DNA from: Camelus ferus
Taxonomy: Eukaryota
DNA: 64,000 nt
Assembly (NCBI RefSeq): GCF_009834535.1
Contig: NC_045696.1
Location: forward strand, 54,872,001 to 54,936,000
Direction: 5' to 3'
Below are positions 54,157 through 64,000 of this stretch, in pieces. Numbering within the stretch: the stretch's first letter is position 1; each line of letters starts with the position of its first letter. The position numbers and the translations under genes are program-made. Below the pieces are notes generated by a model, which made no database searches, was not told where the DNA came from, and saw only the letters and a list, made by a program, of their open reading frames with translations.

Positions 54157-54782
54157 CTGTCAACAGCATGAGAAAGGAAGGAAACAGGGGTCCTCTAGAA
54201 CCTTGGAGGAAAACGAAAGCATTCTCTGGGGTGTAAAACATGAAACCATCATTTAATGCATCAGAGCATCGACAGCCCAAATCCTCAGTCTTCTGACTGT
54301 GCTATGAAGGTCCATGCATCTCCCCTTCAGGGAGGTGAACAAGCTGACTAGAGGGCAGGAGTGTTTGTTTCCCTGATGGCTGTATTTCTTGCTGGCTTTC
54401 TCTGCTACTGTCTATCTCTGTGAGGTCAAGCTACGAGCCTACTCTAGGGACAGATGTGTTTGTGGTGGGCTAGTCAGTTGACATCAGGCCTTAAGACTGC
54501 AGAGAACAGAAACTAGAGGGCAGTACATGGATCAAGATGATGGACGCCACCTTCTGGAGACTCTGGGTATGGCAGCAGACCTGCCCTAGGAAGCTACCCA
54601 CTGTATTGCTACACTGGGGTCACTATTCTTGATCTTCCACGATGGCTTTAAAAAATTTAATTCGTAGTTGTTTTGTCATCTGTGAGCTTTTGAGAGCAGA
54701 GACCATGTCTCATCCACCTTTGAGTCTTCAGAACTTAGCACAGTGCTCAATGACTGGATAAAGGAAGGAAATCACCAACAAG

Positions 54783-54848
54783 ATGATAGACAGACAGACA
54801 GACAGACAAACAGGCAGACAGACAGGTAGGCAGACAGACAGATAGATA
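54783..54848. repeat. (GACA)n/(GATA)n compound microsatellite
   Basis: Tandem GACA, GATA and GGCA tetramers. Confidence 0.9.
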
Positions 54849-56099
54849 ACTATATACATATATGTATATGTAAACCCATTTATGAAAGAGAGAAAGAGAG
54901 AGAAGATACTAGTGCTTTAGGAAGAAATGGCCCATTCTCTATTCTGATTTACCCCAGACTAACCACTGCTTTTTATTACTGTTCAATTGCTTTTAGTCAC
55001 ATAAATATACCCCCAACAGTCTTCAAAAAAATGGGACATTTGGTTTACACCATGAAGAAACTCTTCTACATATTTATATTTATTATTTTCTAAGTCTCTT
55101 GTTTCGTCTTTAGAAAATCACTGATGAGTTAGTGTTAAATAGCTAGGAATAGAACCGCTCTTTGAAGACTAATATACGTTCTGTTTGAAAGAACTGCTTC
55201 TGGTGTCTAAGAATAATTAACGACACACTTTAATTTATGAATGTCTGTGCTCAAAGGTCTTTCATCTGTGGGAGGGAAAGAAAGACTGAGAGGCTAATGG
55301 AAAACTTCCCTGTCCTTGTGCTTAGCTCTGGTGTAACATCCAGGGGTGGCACTGAAGAGGCCAGAGGAAGCACTGCTGAGCTCTGTTTTACATACGTGGA
55401 TTATAAATTGGCAACCTCCATATTTTAGGTCTTAGACAGCCCTCTCTCCCCTCCAGTGGCTATGAGTTAAGAATAACAATGTGACATGAACACTGAGATG
55501 AGAGAATATGTGAATAAAGGAAAAGGATGGTGGCGAATAATTAAAAGGAGAGGGGGGAGGAGGAGGAGAAAGTGACTCATGGAGGAGCAAAATGTATTCA
55601 TCTTTTCTTTGTCTTTTCCATGCACTGTACCTCTCAACTGGGAGAGCAGATGTCTTGGCTCTCAAAGGAAATAAAGGTGGCAATTAAATACTGACAAGGA
55701 AAATAATAAAAATAAAAAGGAAGAAAAGAACAGAGAGGAAAGACTGCCTCCTCCCTCAAGTATATACAGTAATCCTGACAATCTCCCCATTTATCAACAG
55801 GAGAAAAGTTGGAGGATTCACTCTTAAGGACCCGGACAGTGGGTTTTCGAATCATCCAACACTTGGGTCTAGTTTTGTTTTTCTCCCCCTCAACCTCTTC
55901 ACCTGTCCTATCTTCCACTCCCCGCTCATCCCTATGAGTCAGCTACTTGTGTTCAGTGAACTCACATGTCCCGCTGCAGTGGTTCCATTAGGCCAGTCCT
56001 GCTAACCAGTCAGCACCAGCCTGGTGACAACAGCCAGCGTCCTCTCCATTGCCACTGCCTCAGCCAAGGCTCCCACGGTGTCTGGCTGTCTTTTGAAAA

Positions 56100-56560
56100 A
56101 TGTGCTACCTTAACCCTCAATCAACCCCCAGTGGGTACCATCTCTACTCCTACCTATGTTCTGACTGCTGCTAGAAGACGACAAACCCAAAACACCTGGT
56201 CTTGAAGGACATATTCTTTGCTTATTTTAACTTCCACTTTCCAGTAAAAACTTTTGTTCTAAGTAGCCTCCCATAATGCTTCAAGCAGCTCTTCTCAATG
56301 CCTGCCCCACCGCGGCCACCCAGAACCTCAAAAGACGCCCTAGACCTCTTCATGCCCTAGACTTCAAAAGATGACAGTCTTTCTTCCTAGCTATATGGGA
56401 AAATCATGACCATACCATAGGCATTCAAAAAGTTGCCCTTATAAGTGGTATCATATGATACTTGTCTTTGTCTGTCCCACTTCACTTAGTATGATAATCT
56501 TTAGGTCAATCCATGTTGCTGCAAATGGCATTATCTCATTTCTTATGGATGAGCAGAATT

Positions 56561-56600
<40 letters not shown>

Positions 56601-58540
56601 CCATATCATCTTTATCTAACAGAAAGAGACTCACAGACATAGAAAACAAATTTATGGTTACCAAAGGGAAAATGTGGGGGATAAATTAGGAGTTTGGGAT
56701 TAGCAGATACAAACTACTACATATAAAACAGATAAACAACAAGGACCTACTGTATAGCACAGAGAACTATACTCAGTATCTTGTAATGACCTATAATGAA
56801 GAAGACTATGAAAAAGAATGTATGTATGTATAACTGAATCACTGTGCTGTATACCAGAAACTAACACAACAATCAACTATACTTCAATTTAAAAAAAAAA
56901 AAGTTGCTCTTATTTCCCATCTGCCCAATTTCATATCCTTTGTTTCCAAAACAGAGGATGGAATGTCCCCTCCTCCTCTCTAAAGTCAACCCTCAGTCCA
57001 TCCACCACACCACATTCCTGCCTAACCCACCACCTCCCTCTCTAGCTGGTCAGTCACTACTTCCACACAGTCACTTCCTCCCAGAAGCTTCTGACCTTTA
57101 GCCCCTGGTTAATATTAATTTCACTCCCTTCCACCATGAACAGGCCTCCAAGTGGCCAGAATGGTCTCGAACCTAACTTCTTCACTGGCTTGGAGCAGTC
57201 TGCCTACTGCCCTCAATAGGTATTGAGTTCAGCAGCCTCCCAACTCCTGTCACTTATTGCCAGAACTAATAGTGATCCTTATCTCTCATATTTGACACTG
57301 CTAAAAAATGCTATCTATCCCTCAAAGCCTGGTGCCATGTTTGGCTCGATTCCTACCCCCTTCTCTCACATTTGCTGCTTCTACTCCCACTTTGCCCCAT
57401 CCCTCAGTGCTCTATGCCTCAGTGCTTTGCTGCCTTTTTCACTTACTGAATTGTAAGCACCAGGGGGAAGGAGACCACATCAGAGATGAAGTACACTGCT
57501 TTCTGCAGGATAGTCTTCAATATTTAAGAGCAAATTGTGGTCAACATTTCTTTCTTGAACTTTCCTCCTTGGCTAGTCTTGTTTCTTTTTCTAATAGAGT
57601 CCTCTCTGCCCCGTACTAGCTCTTTTTCTCCCTCCTTCTCAACATGATCATCCAAATGCTCAATGTTGATCCTCTTGTTCTTTTTAATATTCCACTCTTT
57701 TCAGAGATCATGTTCTTTCCCATTATAGTACCCACTTAATACTTCTCGAACATCTCACTATCCTACCGAATGAAGCAGGCCTGCAAATAAGTCACCATTC
57801 CTTCTTCCTTAGGCAAAATCCTGTCAATACTGATTTCCTTTCAACTTCTCTCTAGATCAGGGTCTCCACTCTTCTTCTGTCTGTTACATTCAAACCTAGC
57901 AATTACCTTTGACTAAGTCCTTTCCTTCACCACACCACTCCCCTACTAGTCAGCTGTAAATTATAAAATGTATTTCCTTTCTCTGAAATGCCATAAATCC
58001 ATGTCTCTCCATTTTTACTCTCAGTACCCAGTCCAGGCACTCATCTTTCTGTGGCTAGATTATAGCAACAATGTCCCCTAATCTAACCTTGCCCTTCCCT
58101 TTCTGGCTTCTCATTATAAGTGTCAGCTTTAATTACCATTTCTTATAGACTCTCCTCCAGATCTAAAACACTCAGGGGTTCTCTGTTTCCTCCAAATCTA
58201 AAATGCTCTGCCAGACTGGGTGCAGACTTGGAAATAAGCAACTTTACTTCATTGCTACCCAATTTCTGACTACTTTCAGCAACGTCTCCTGGTCAACCCG
58301 GTTTCCTCTTGCATTATACACATGGCAAAGCATATCCTTAGCCCAGGGTCTTTGGAGTCACATAGTCTTGGAGTCAAGTCCCAGTTTTTCCCTGTACTAG
58401 CTGTGACCCTGAGCCCCAGATCGCTCATTTGTAAAATGCAGACAATCACCTTACAACCCAACGGTTAGCCCCTTATATTCCTTCTCTAACACTCCAGCAC
58501 CTGGCACAGACCTGAGCACAGCACAGGTGCTCAACAAACT
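56100..58540 (+). mobile_element. Fragmented L2, interrupted by the inverted L1 and by a MIR (~58340-58460)
   Basis: GATGACAGTCTTTCTTCCTAGCTATATGGGAAAAT-type ORF2 remnant, pyrimidine-rich body, 3' end GCACAGCACAGGTGCTCAACAAA. Confidence 0.6.
56443..56897 (+). mobile_element. Cetartiodactyl-type L1 3' end with 5' inversion
   Basis: Antisense segment ~56443-56616 containing (TG)n, then sense GACTCACAGACATAGAAAACAAATTTATGGTTACCAAAGGG...CCAGAAACTAACACAAC and poly-A; TSD AAAAAGTTGCCCTTAT (56427-56442) / AAAAAGTTGCTCTTAT (56898-56913). Confidence 0.92.
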
Positions 58541-59829
58541 CAGGCAGCTGTCAGCCATGCCTAGCTCACCAATGAGCAATGACCTCAACAACAAAGAGAA
58601 GTAGGATCAAATATAGGAACAGGCAAAACTTAGCTGGAAGGATGAAGCAGCATTATGGAGATTTTTTTTTTTAAAGAAAAGACTTGAAAAGTAAAAGGCT
58701 CTCTAGTAGTCCTGGTGTGAAAGCCCCAAGTAACAAAGGCTCATATTAAAGTTAGCACAAAATGAGTCAAAGGAAAGTTTCTCAGTGAGTTCTGAGAAAC
58801 TCAGAGGGAAGTGAGGGAGGCCACGCTGCCATCTATTTTCTACCTTTCAATTTGATTTTTCTTGGCCCTTCACGGGGAGTAGGACCATTTTCTGCATCTG
58901 TCTCTTTAGTTTCAAACGAGGCAAGGACAACACTGTGACAAGGGAGCGTGCTACCTCTCTGCTTTCTGTTTCCCACAGCTTTTCAGCCTGTAATTCTGCT
59001 CTTGATGACTGCATAATTATTTTCATTATATTAGCTCATCATTTTATCCTCACTTCATAAAGGAGGAAACTGAGGTTCAGAAAGATTAAGTGACTCACCT
59101 CCTTAAGATGTCCTCTTAAGATATTAATGTGATTAAATCTCTGTTCCTACAATAGGCCAATTGTGAAAAGCTCTTGCATCAGGTTTCTATGACAGACATG
59201 TCTAACAGAAAATTACTATGAGTAAAAGCATCTAGATATGACAGTCCTAGCCATTTTCTATTTTGTCTGCCAGAAACAAAGTTCTTTGTGTTGCTGTGGT
59301 TGAAATGGACGAAGTCAGGACCATTCCTTGGGGCTGATAGCTTCCATATTCTCATGTATAGCTATGGCTATTTTTGCACCTATAATATTTAACTGTGCTG
59401 CCTCGGCTGTGATGGACTGAGGGATTTTGAATTTAGATCTCCAGGGAGAAGAGCTGATAAGAAATTTAGAAAGACTGGGGCCAGAAAACTAAACTTTTCA
59501 GGTTGGACCTCGAAGAGATTAACTAGCTGCCCAGTGTCCAAGCTTCTAGATGGTCTAGAGTTGGTTACCAATAATAGACTCTGATCTTTGGGGTAAAAGA
59601 TGGCACTGTGTTAAGAATATGCAGAAAGAGGTAATATTTGGCATCAAACTTTTAGACAAGCCTGAGTGCCAGGGCATTAACCACTTTAAAGCAGGGAGAA
59701 AAACGGAGGGCCCGGATCCTGGAGAAATGGGGCTGGGAAGAACTAAGGAGGTTATCAAGGCCCCAGGGAGAGAGTTTATACTCAATAAAAGAAAAGAAAC
59801 TGCAATGTGAATTCAGAAACTGAGGCACA

Positions 59830-60270
59830 TTAATAATATTATGATTCTTAGTGAAGACTATGTCCCAGGCACTGTTTTAGCCATTTAGTATAAAAATACA
59901 AATAAACTCTTCCATTCAGTCACCCTATAAAAACAGTATTATAATCCTCATGTACGAGAGGGAGTAAAGTTTTAAAAGATTGACCTTAGAGTGAATTTTA
60001 GTAAAATAAGGATAAAAGAATTATCTACCTCAGATTGTTGTCATAAGTTTGACATGAATCCATATAATGAAAAATTTCCAAGAATGCCTGACACATTTAA
60101 GCAGTGAATAAATGCTAACTCCTACTTGCTAAAAATAAGTAAGTACATATTAATAATAAAAGAAATTAAAACACAGAATGTTTAAGTCACTTGCTTAAAG
60201 TGATAACAACCATTAACTGGTTTGAGTCAAGCAATGATTCCATCTCTACCTGGTTCCAAACGCTGAGCTT
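59830..60270. mobile_element. Cluster of MIR fragments in both orientations
   Basis: ACTATGTCCCAGGCACTGTTTTAG, TGCCTGACACATTTAAGCAGTGAATAAATGCTA, AAGTCACTTGCTTAAAG. Confidence 0.6.
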
Positions 60271-61754
60271 GCAGACACTGGCTGTCGAGCAGAAGTCCAG
60301 TCATACCCAGGAGGCACACACACAGTGTCAGGGTGGGTTGAGGGAAGGGTAGCAGTGGTTTTAACTTGGTGAACATGGGGCCTAGAACATCATTCAGGCA
60401 CCGAGTAAACAGGACTTTGAGCATCAAGCTATCAGGCTCTAATCCTATTCAAGATGGTGTTCTGACAACACTAAGGTGTGGTTTGGCTGGGCTCTGGGTC
60501 CTTGTGTGGCAGACCTGCTGGACGACGTGTGGCAGCATGTGTAGCTGAGGAGACATGAACCACTGAAAACTGTCTGAAGACTAGATGGGGAGAAGGAAGG
60601 TTTCAGACGTCCTCTTGAATGTAGTAGTGGGTGGGAGCTTTGGAAAAGGTTATCCAGTAATTTTATGGATTCAAAAGCAAATTCTTTAAATGTAAGTCTT
60701 CAATCTTACATTAACTAGTAGGCACAATAATGGCCACTGTGAGGGCTGCCCACTAACTCCTACTGAGTTAACAATTTACGACATCATATGACTTAAGTTC
60801 CGTCTGTAAAATTTTGCGTCCAAGTTTGCAAATGATTAATTTGACCTGTGTCTATGGACGTGTTTAATACAACATCGTGGCCTGATCAGCCAAAGAGTTT
60901 TCCTTCATTAATTGTGAGAGTTAAGGGGCTATTCAGAAGTAGGGAGCTCTGCCACTCTGTCTTGAAAAAGGCCAGAGATATGAGTGGGTCTTCAGCCATT
61001 TCAGCAACCCCCCAAAATGTTGAAAATATCCCAAAATGTAAAAGGGTTGCTCCTTATACTTTACCTACCCATTCTATATGGTGATAAACACAACACTGGC
61101 AATTCAATGAAGACAGACAACAGGTTCAGACAATTCTGTGAGTCTTCTGATACTCATATTTTTTTCCTTGCAAGTAATTCTCACTCAAATTCTTTTGATA
61201 TAGAAGTTTAAAAAGTGACAATCATATTAAAAAAAAAAAAGCTTCCGTCACCTCCTGTGGAACTGAACAGACTGCAAAACTTAAATATTAAAAACTTGAA
61301 AACTGTATTCTTATACCAAATTAGATAAAAGTTGAATTGTTTCAGACAAAGAGTTTTTCTTTTTTAATTTTTTAATCTTGACAGACCACTATTGTATCAG
61401 GTGAGCACTGCAGCAAGTAATGATATTTAAGATTAAAAAAAAACTTTTCCATTTCACTGATGCCAATTTTAACATTTACAATGGGTCTTTTTGGCATTCT
61501 AATTATTTTTCTAATTCTATTAATGCTTTTTGTATAGGATTATATTGGTTCCTCTTCTAATGATCACTAAAACTTCATTTGGAGTTGTAGCACTTCATTA
61601 ATCTTGATTACTTATAATTAATCAAAAAAGTCTTTTCCTCACGTTTAGGTCTCAGAAATGTTTATCTATATGTAAATCAAGAACCCGACTAAATCTATGC
61701 TGTCTTTTTTTTTTTGGAAAATCTGGAAATTAAATAGGCTTCCTCATCTGAGAG

Positions 61755-62260
61755 ATAGTATAACTAAGCAGTTAAAACCTTGGATTCTGGAGTCAGACTA
61801 TTTGGATTCAAAGCTAGTTCTTCCTCTTTATAGCTGAGTATGATGGGGAAAGTAATGTAACTTCTTTGTTCCTTCTTTATTTTAATCTATAAAACTAGAA
61901 TCATAATCATAAGAATCATAGAGTAATTGTAATTTTTTAATAAAATAATATGTGTTATAACACAGCCAGGCACATAATAAATATTCACAAGGTTAGATTT
62001 TTTTTTTACTATTTGTAAAATAGAAATAATTAGTAAATTGTACTGTGGGAATCAGACAAGCCAGAGTTTTATTTCTTGGTCCTTGTTCTACTAACTACAT
62101 GGTATCCAAGTTATTTAACTCTCTTGGCTTCAGTTTTCTTAGATTTAGATTTAGCTACAGATATAGATGTGGTATTAACACTACCTCTCAAGTTTGCTGG
62201 GAAAATTAAACCAAAAAAATATGATGAGTAGAATTAGCGCTTAGTATGTATGTTGTATTT
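61755..62260 (+). mobile_element. Two adjacent MIR elements
   Basis: TCTGGAGTCAGACTATTTGGATTCAAA and CAAGTTATTTAACTCTCTTGGCTTCAGTTTTCT cores. Confidence 0.7.
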
Positions 62261-62394
62261 AATTGAAATGGAAACATTTTTTTCATTTTGCACAAAACTA
62301 AAACTTATATGCAATGCTGTCTGGAAATGATTTGTAATATTTCACTTAGATATTTTTCTTTTGATATAAATAAGAAGCCTGTAATATATTTAGT

Positions 62395-63900
62395 ATCCAC
62401 TCATTCATCCATTCATCCTTTCAAAAATACTAGAATGGCTAATAGATATCAGCCATTGCTCTAACAATGGGAGGTAAGTATTAAGAGGCAGAGACTGGAG
62501 CTTCCAGGGAGCTCCATGCCCAACAAGTCAGGCAAGGCAACTGAATAGCAGGCAACCAGAAAACCACCCATGTGTTGTGATGGAGGCATTTGTAGAGGGT
62601 AATGGAGAGCAGAAGAGGAGCGAGAAAAGCTTGCTATACATGTGGAATCTAAGCTGAGTCTTGAAAGAGTAGGTTTTAGCTACACATCAAATAGCATTCA
62701 GTCAGAGGGGACAACTTATGAAAAAGAACTTAGGAATCACATTGTCAAACCTGCAGGTGTGGTGCCGCGAGGAGAGATCACACTGAAGAGTCAGCAACAG
62801 GTCATCAGGAAACACAGAGGAAATGGGGATCCTGTGAAGAAGTCCATCTGGGGGACTTGTGTGAGTTGCTTTGAGTTTAAGAAATGTTCTTGGATAGAAG
62901 TGGGAAGCGGCCAGGAAGGAATAAAAAATGGAGACAGAAAGCCTTGTTGGGAGGTTGTTACAGATGTCAAAGTGGCAAAAATGATTGAGTTAATAAATTA
63001 AGGGTATTTATTTATATGTTTAATTATATTTATATTTACATTTACATTCATGTGTTTACTGTAACAAAATTGGAGATACTTCTAAGTAAACTGTTTCACA
63101 TGCTCTTATAAAATGTTTTCGATTGTTGGCCAATATTCTTCAAAACAATTTTTAAAACTCATTTCACACTATCAGAATCTAAGTGCTAGACTGGCCGCTA
63201 AGATCTGTAGAGAGTGGTTATACAACAGAATGCCCAACTCTGAAGGATCCAGACGTGGTCCTTGCCCTCAAGGCATCCAGTCTAGGAGAGAATACAGACC
63301 TGTAAATAGTGCATTACATTTCAGCATTCTGAGTGCTGTCTGGTGGCAGAAGGAGCTGCTGCAGATGCATGTAAGAGGATGGCCTCCCATAGGCATGGGG
63401 TCCAGAGAAGACTGCATGGCAAAGGATTTCACAGACAACCAGAGATGAGTAGGATCAAGCCTGAGGAGGCCAAGCTAAGAAATGTGCCGAGCAAACTCAG
63501 ATGTGAAGGTCCAAAGGACAGAGGATTCAGCCACTTTTAGGAAAAGGAAAGAGTTCATTGTATCTGGAGCTGGGCGCGTGCACAGGGGGATGTACCAAAG
63601 TCAAGGCTGGAGAGGAAAGTAGGAGCCAGGTCACTAAAGACCCAGACATCTCACTGAAGGAGTTGGACACAGACACATTCTGAATTGTAATGATACCATT
63701 CTGGCTACCTTGTAGAGAAAGGAAATAGTGAATCTCTGAGTATGCCAAGTATCTAAGCAGAAATCTAAGTGCAGAAAACTAAGTTCCCACACTAGACTAT
63801 GATCCCAGAGAGGGAGACGTGCTGCATTTTCTGAAGGATTCCCAGAAGCCAGCATGATGGCTGCCAATTGTAGGCACTCAAGGCAGATTTTCAAATGATT
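62395..63900 (-). mobile_element. L2 fragments (two copies)
   Basis: CACTCATTCATCCATTCATCC tail; CTAAGCTGAGTCTTGAAAG; GGTCCTTGCCCTCAAGG...CAGTCTAG. Confidence 0.6.
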
Positions 63901-64000
63901 GAATGGATGACAAGAAATTAAATGCCTACTGAGAAGTTCATTTTCTATAATTTAACTGATTTTCTATTCCTGGATAGTTTTTAATTTTCCCTTATTTGAA

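Noticed and set aside
58776..58801. 10-bp stem hairpin AGTTTCTCAG/CTGAGAAACT
   Set aside because: Isolated and short, with no supporting context.
1..64000. CRISPR arrays, operons, tRNA/rRNA genes, CpG-island promoter
   Set aside because: No regularly spaced repeats, no dense ORFs, no recognisable structural RNA and no CpG island; the sequence is mammalian non-coding DNA.

Overview
Mammalian (eutherian) non-coding DNA, AT-rich and CpG-poor, dominated by transposon fossils. The L1 3' tails are cetartiodactyl-type and I recognised no ruminant, pig or cetacean SINEs, so a camelid source is plausible (inference). Bases 1-20,900 form an almost continuous stack of nested elements. An ancient minus-strand L1 is interrupted by two internally deleted plus-strand L1s, a truncated L1, MER2B, a complete MLT1F MaLR provirus, and MER21 and LTR78-like LTRs. 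Bases 21,000-64,000 carry older L2/MIR/MER5/MLT1 fragments, an LTR33-flanked ERVL provirus lacking RT, a 5'-inverted (twin-primed) L1, and repeat-free stretches that may hold enhancers or small exons. I cannot support any intact protein-coding gene, RNA gene or CRISPR array; the recognisable ORFs in the track are decayed L1 ORF1/ORF2 pieces. I found no convincing new biological system. The best leads are a ~100-bp L1 insertion with an apparent 3' transduction, a candidate terminal-exon/poly(A) structure at 44.0-45.8 kb, and several unexplained insertions. Subfamily names come from recalled consensus sequences and boundaries are approximate; both need RepeatMasker/Dfam confirmation.
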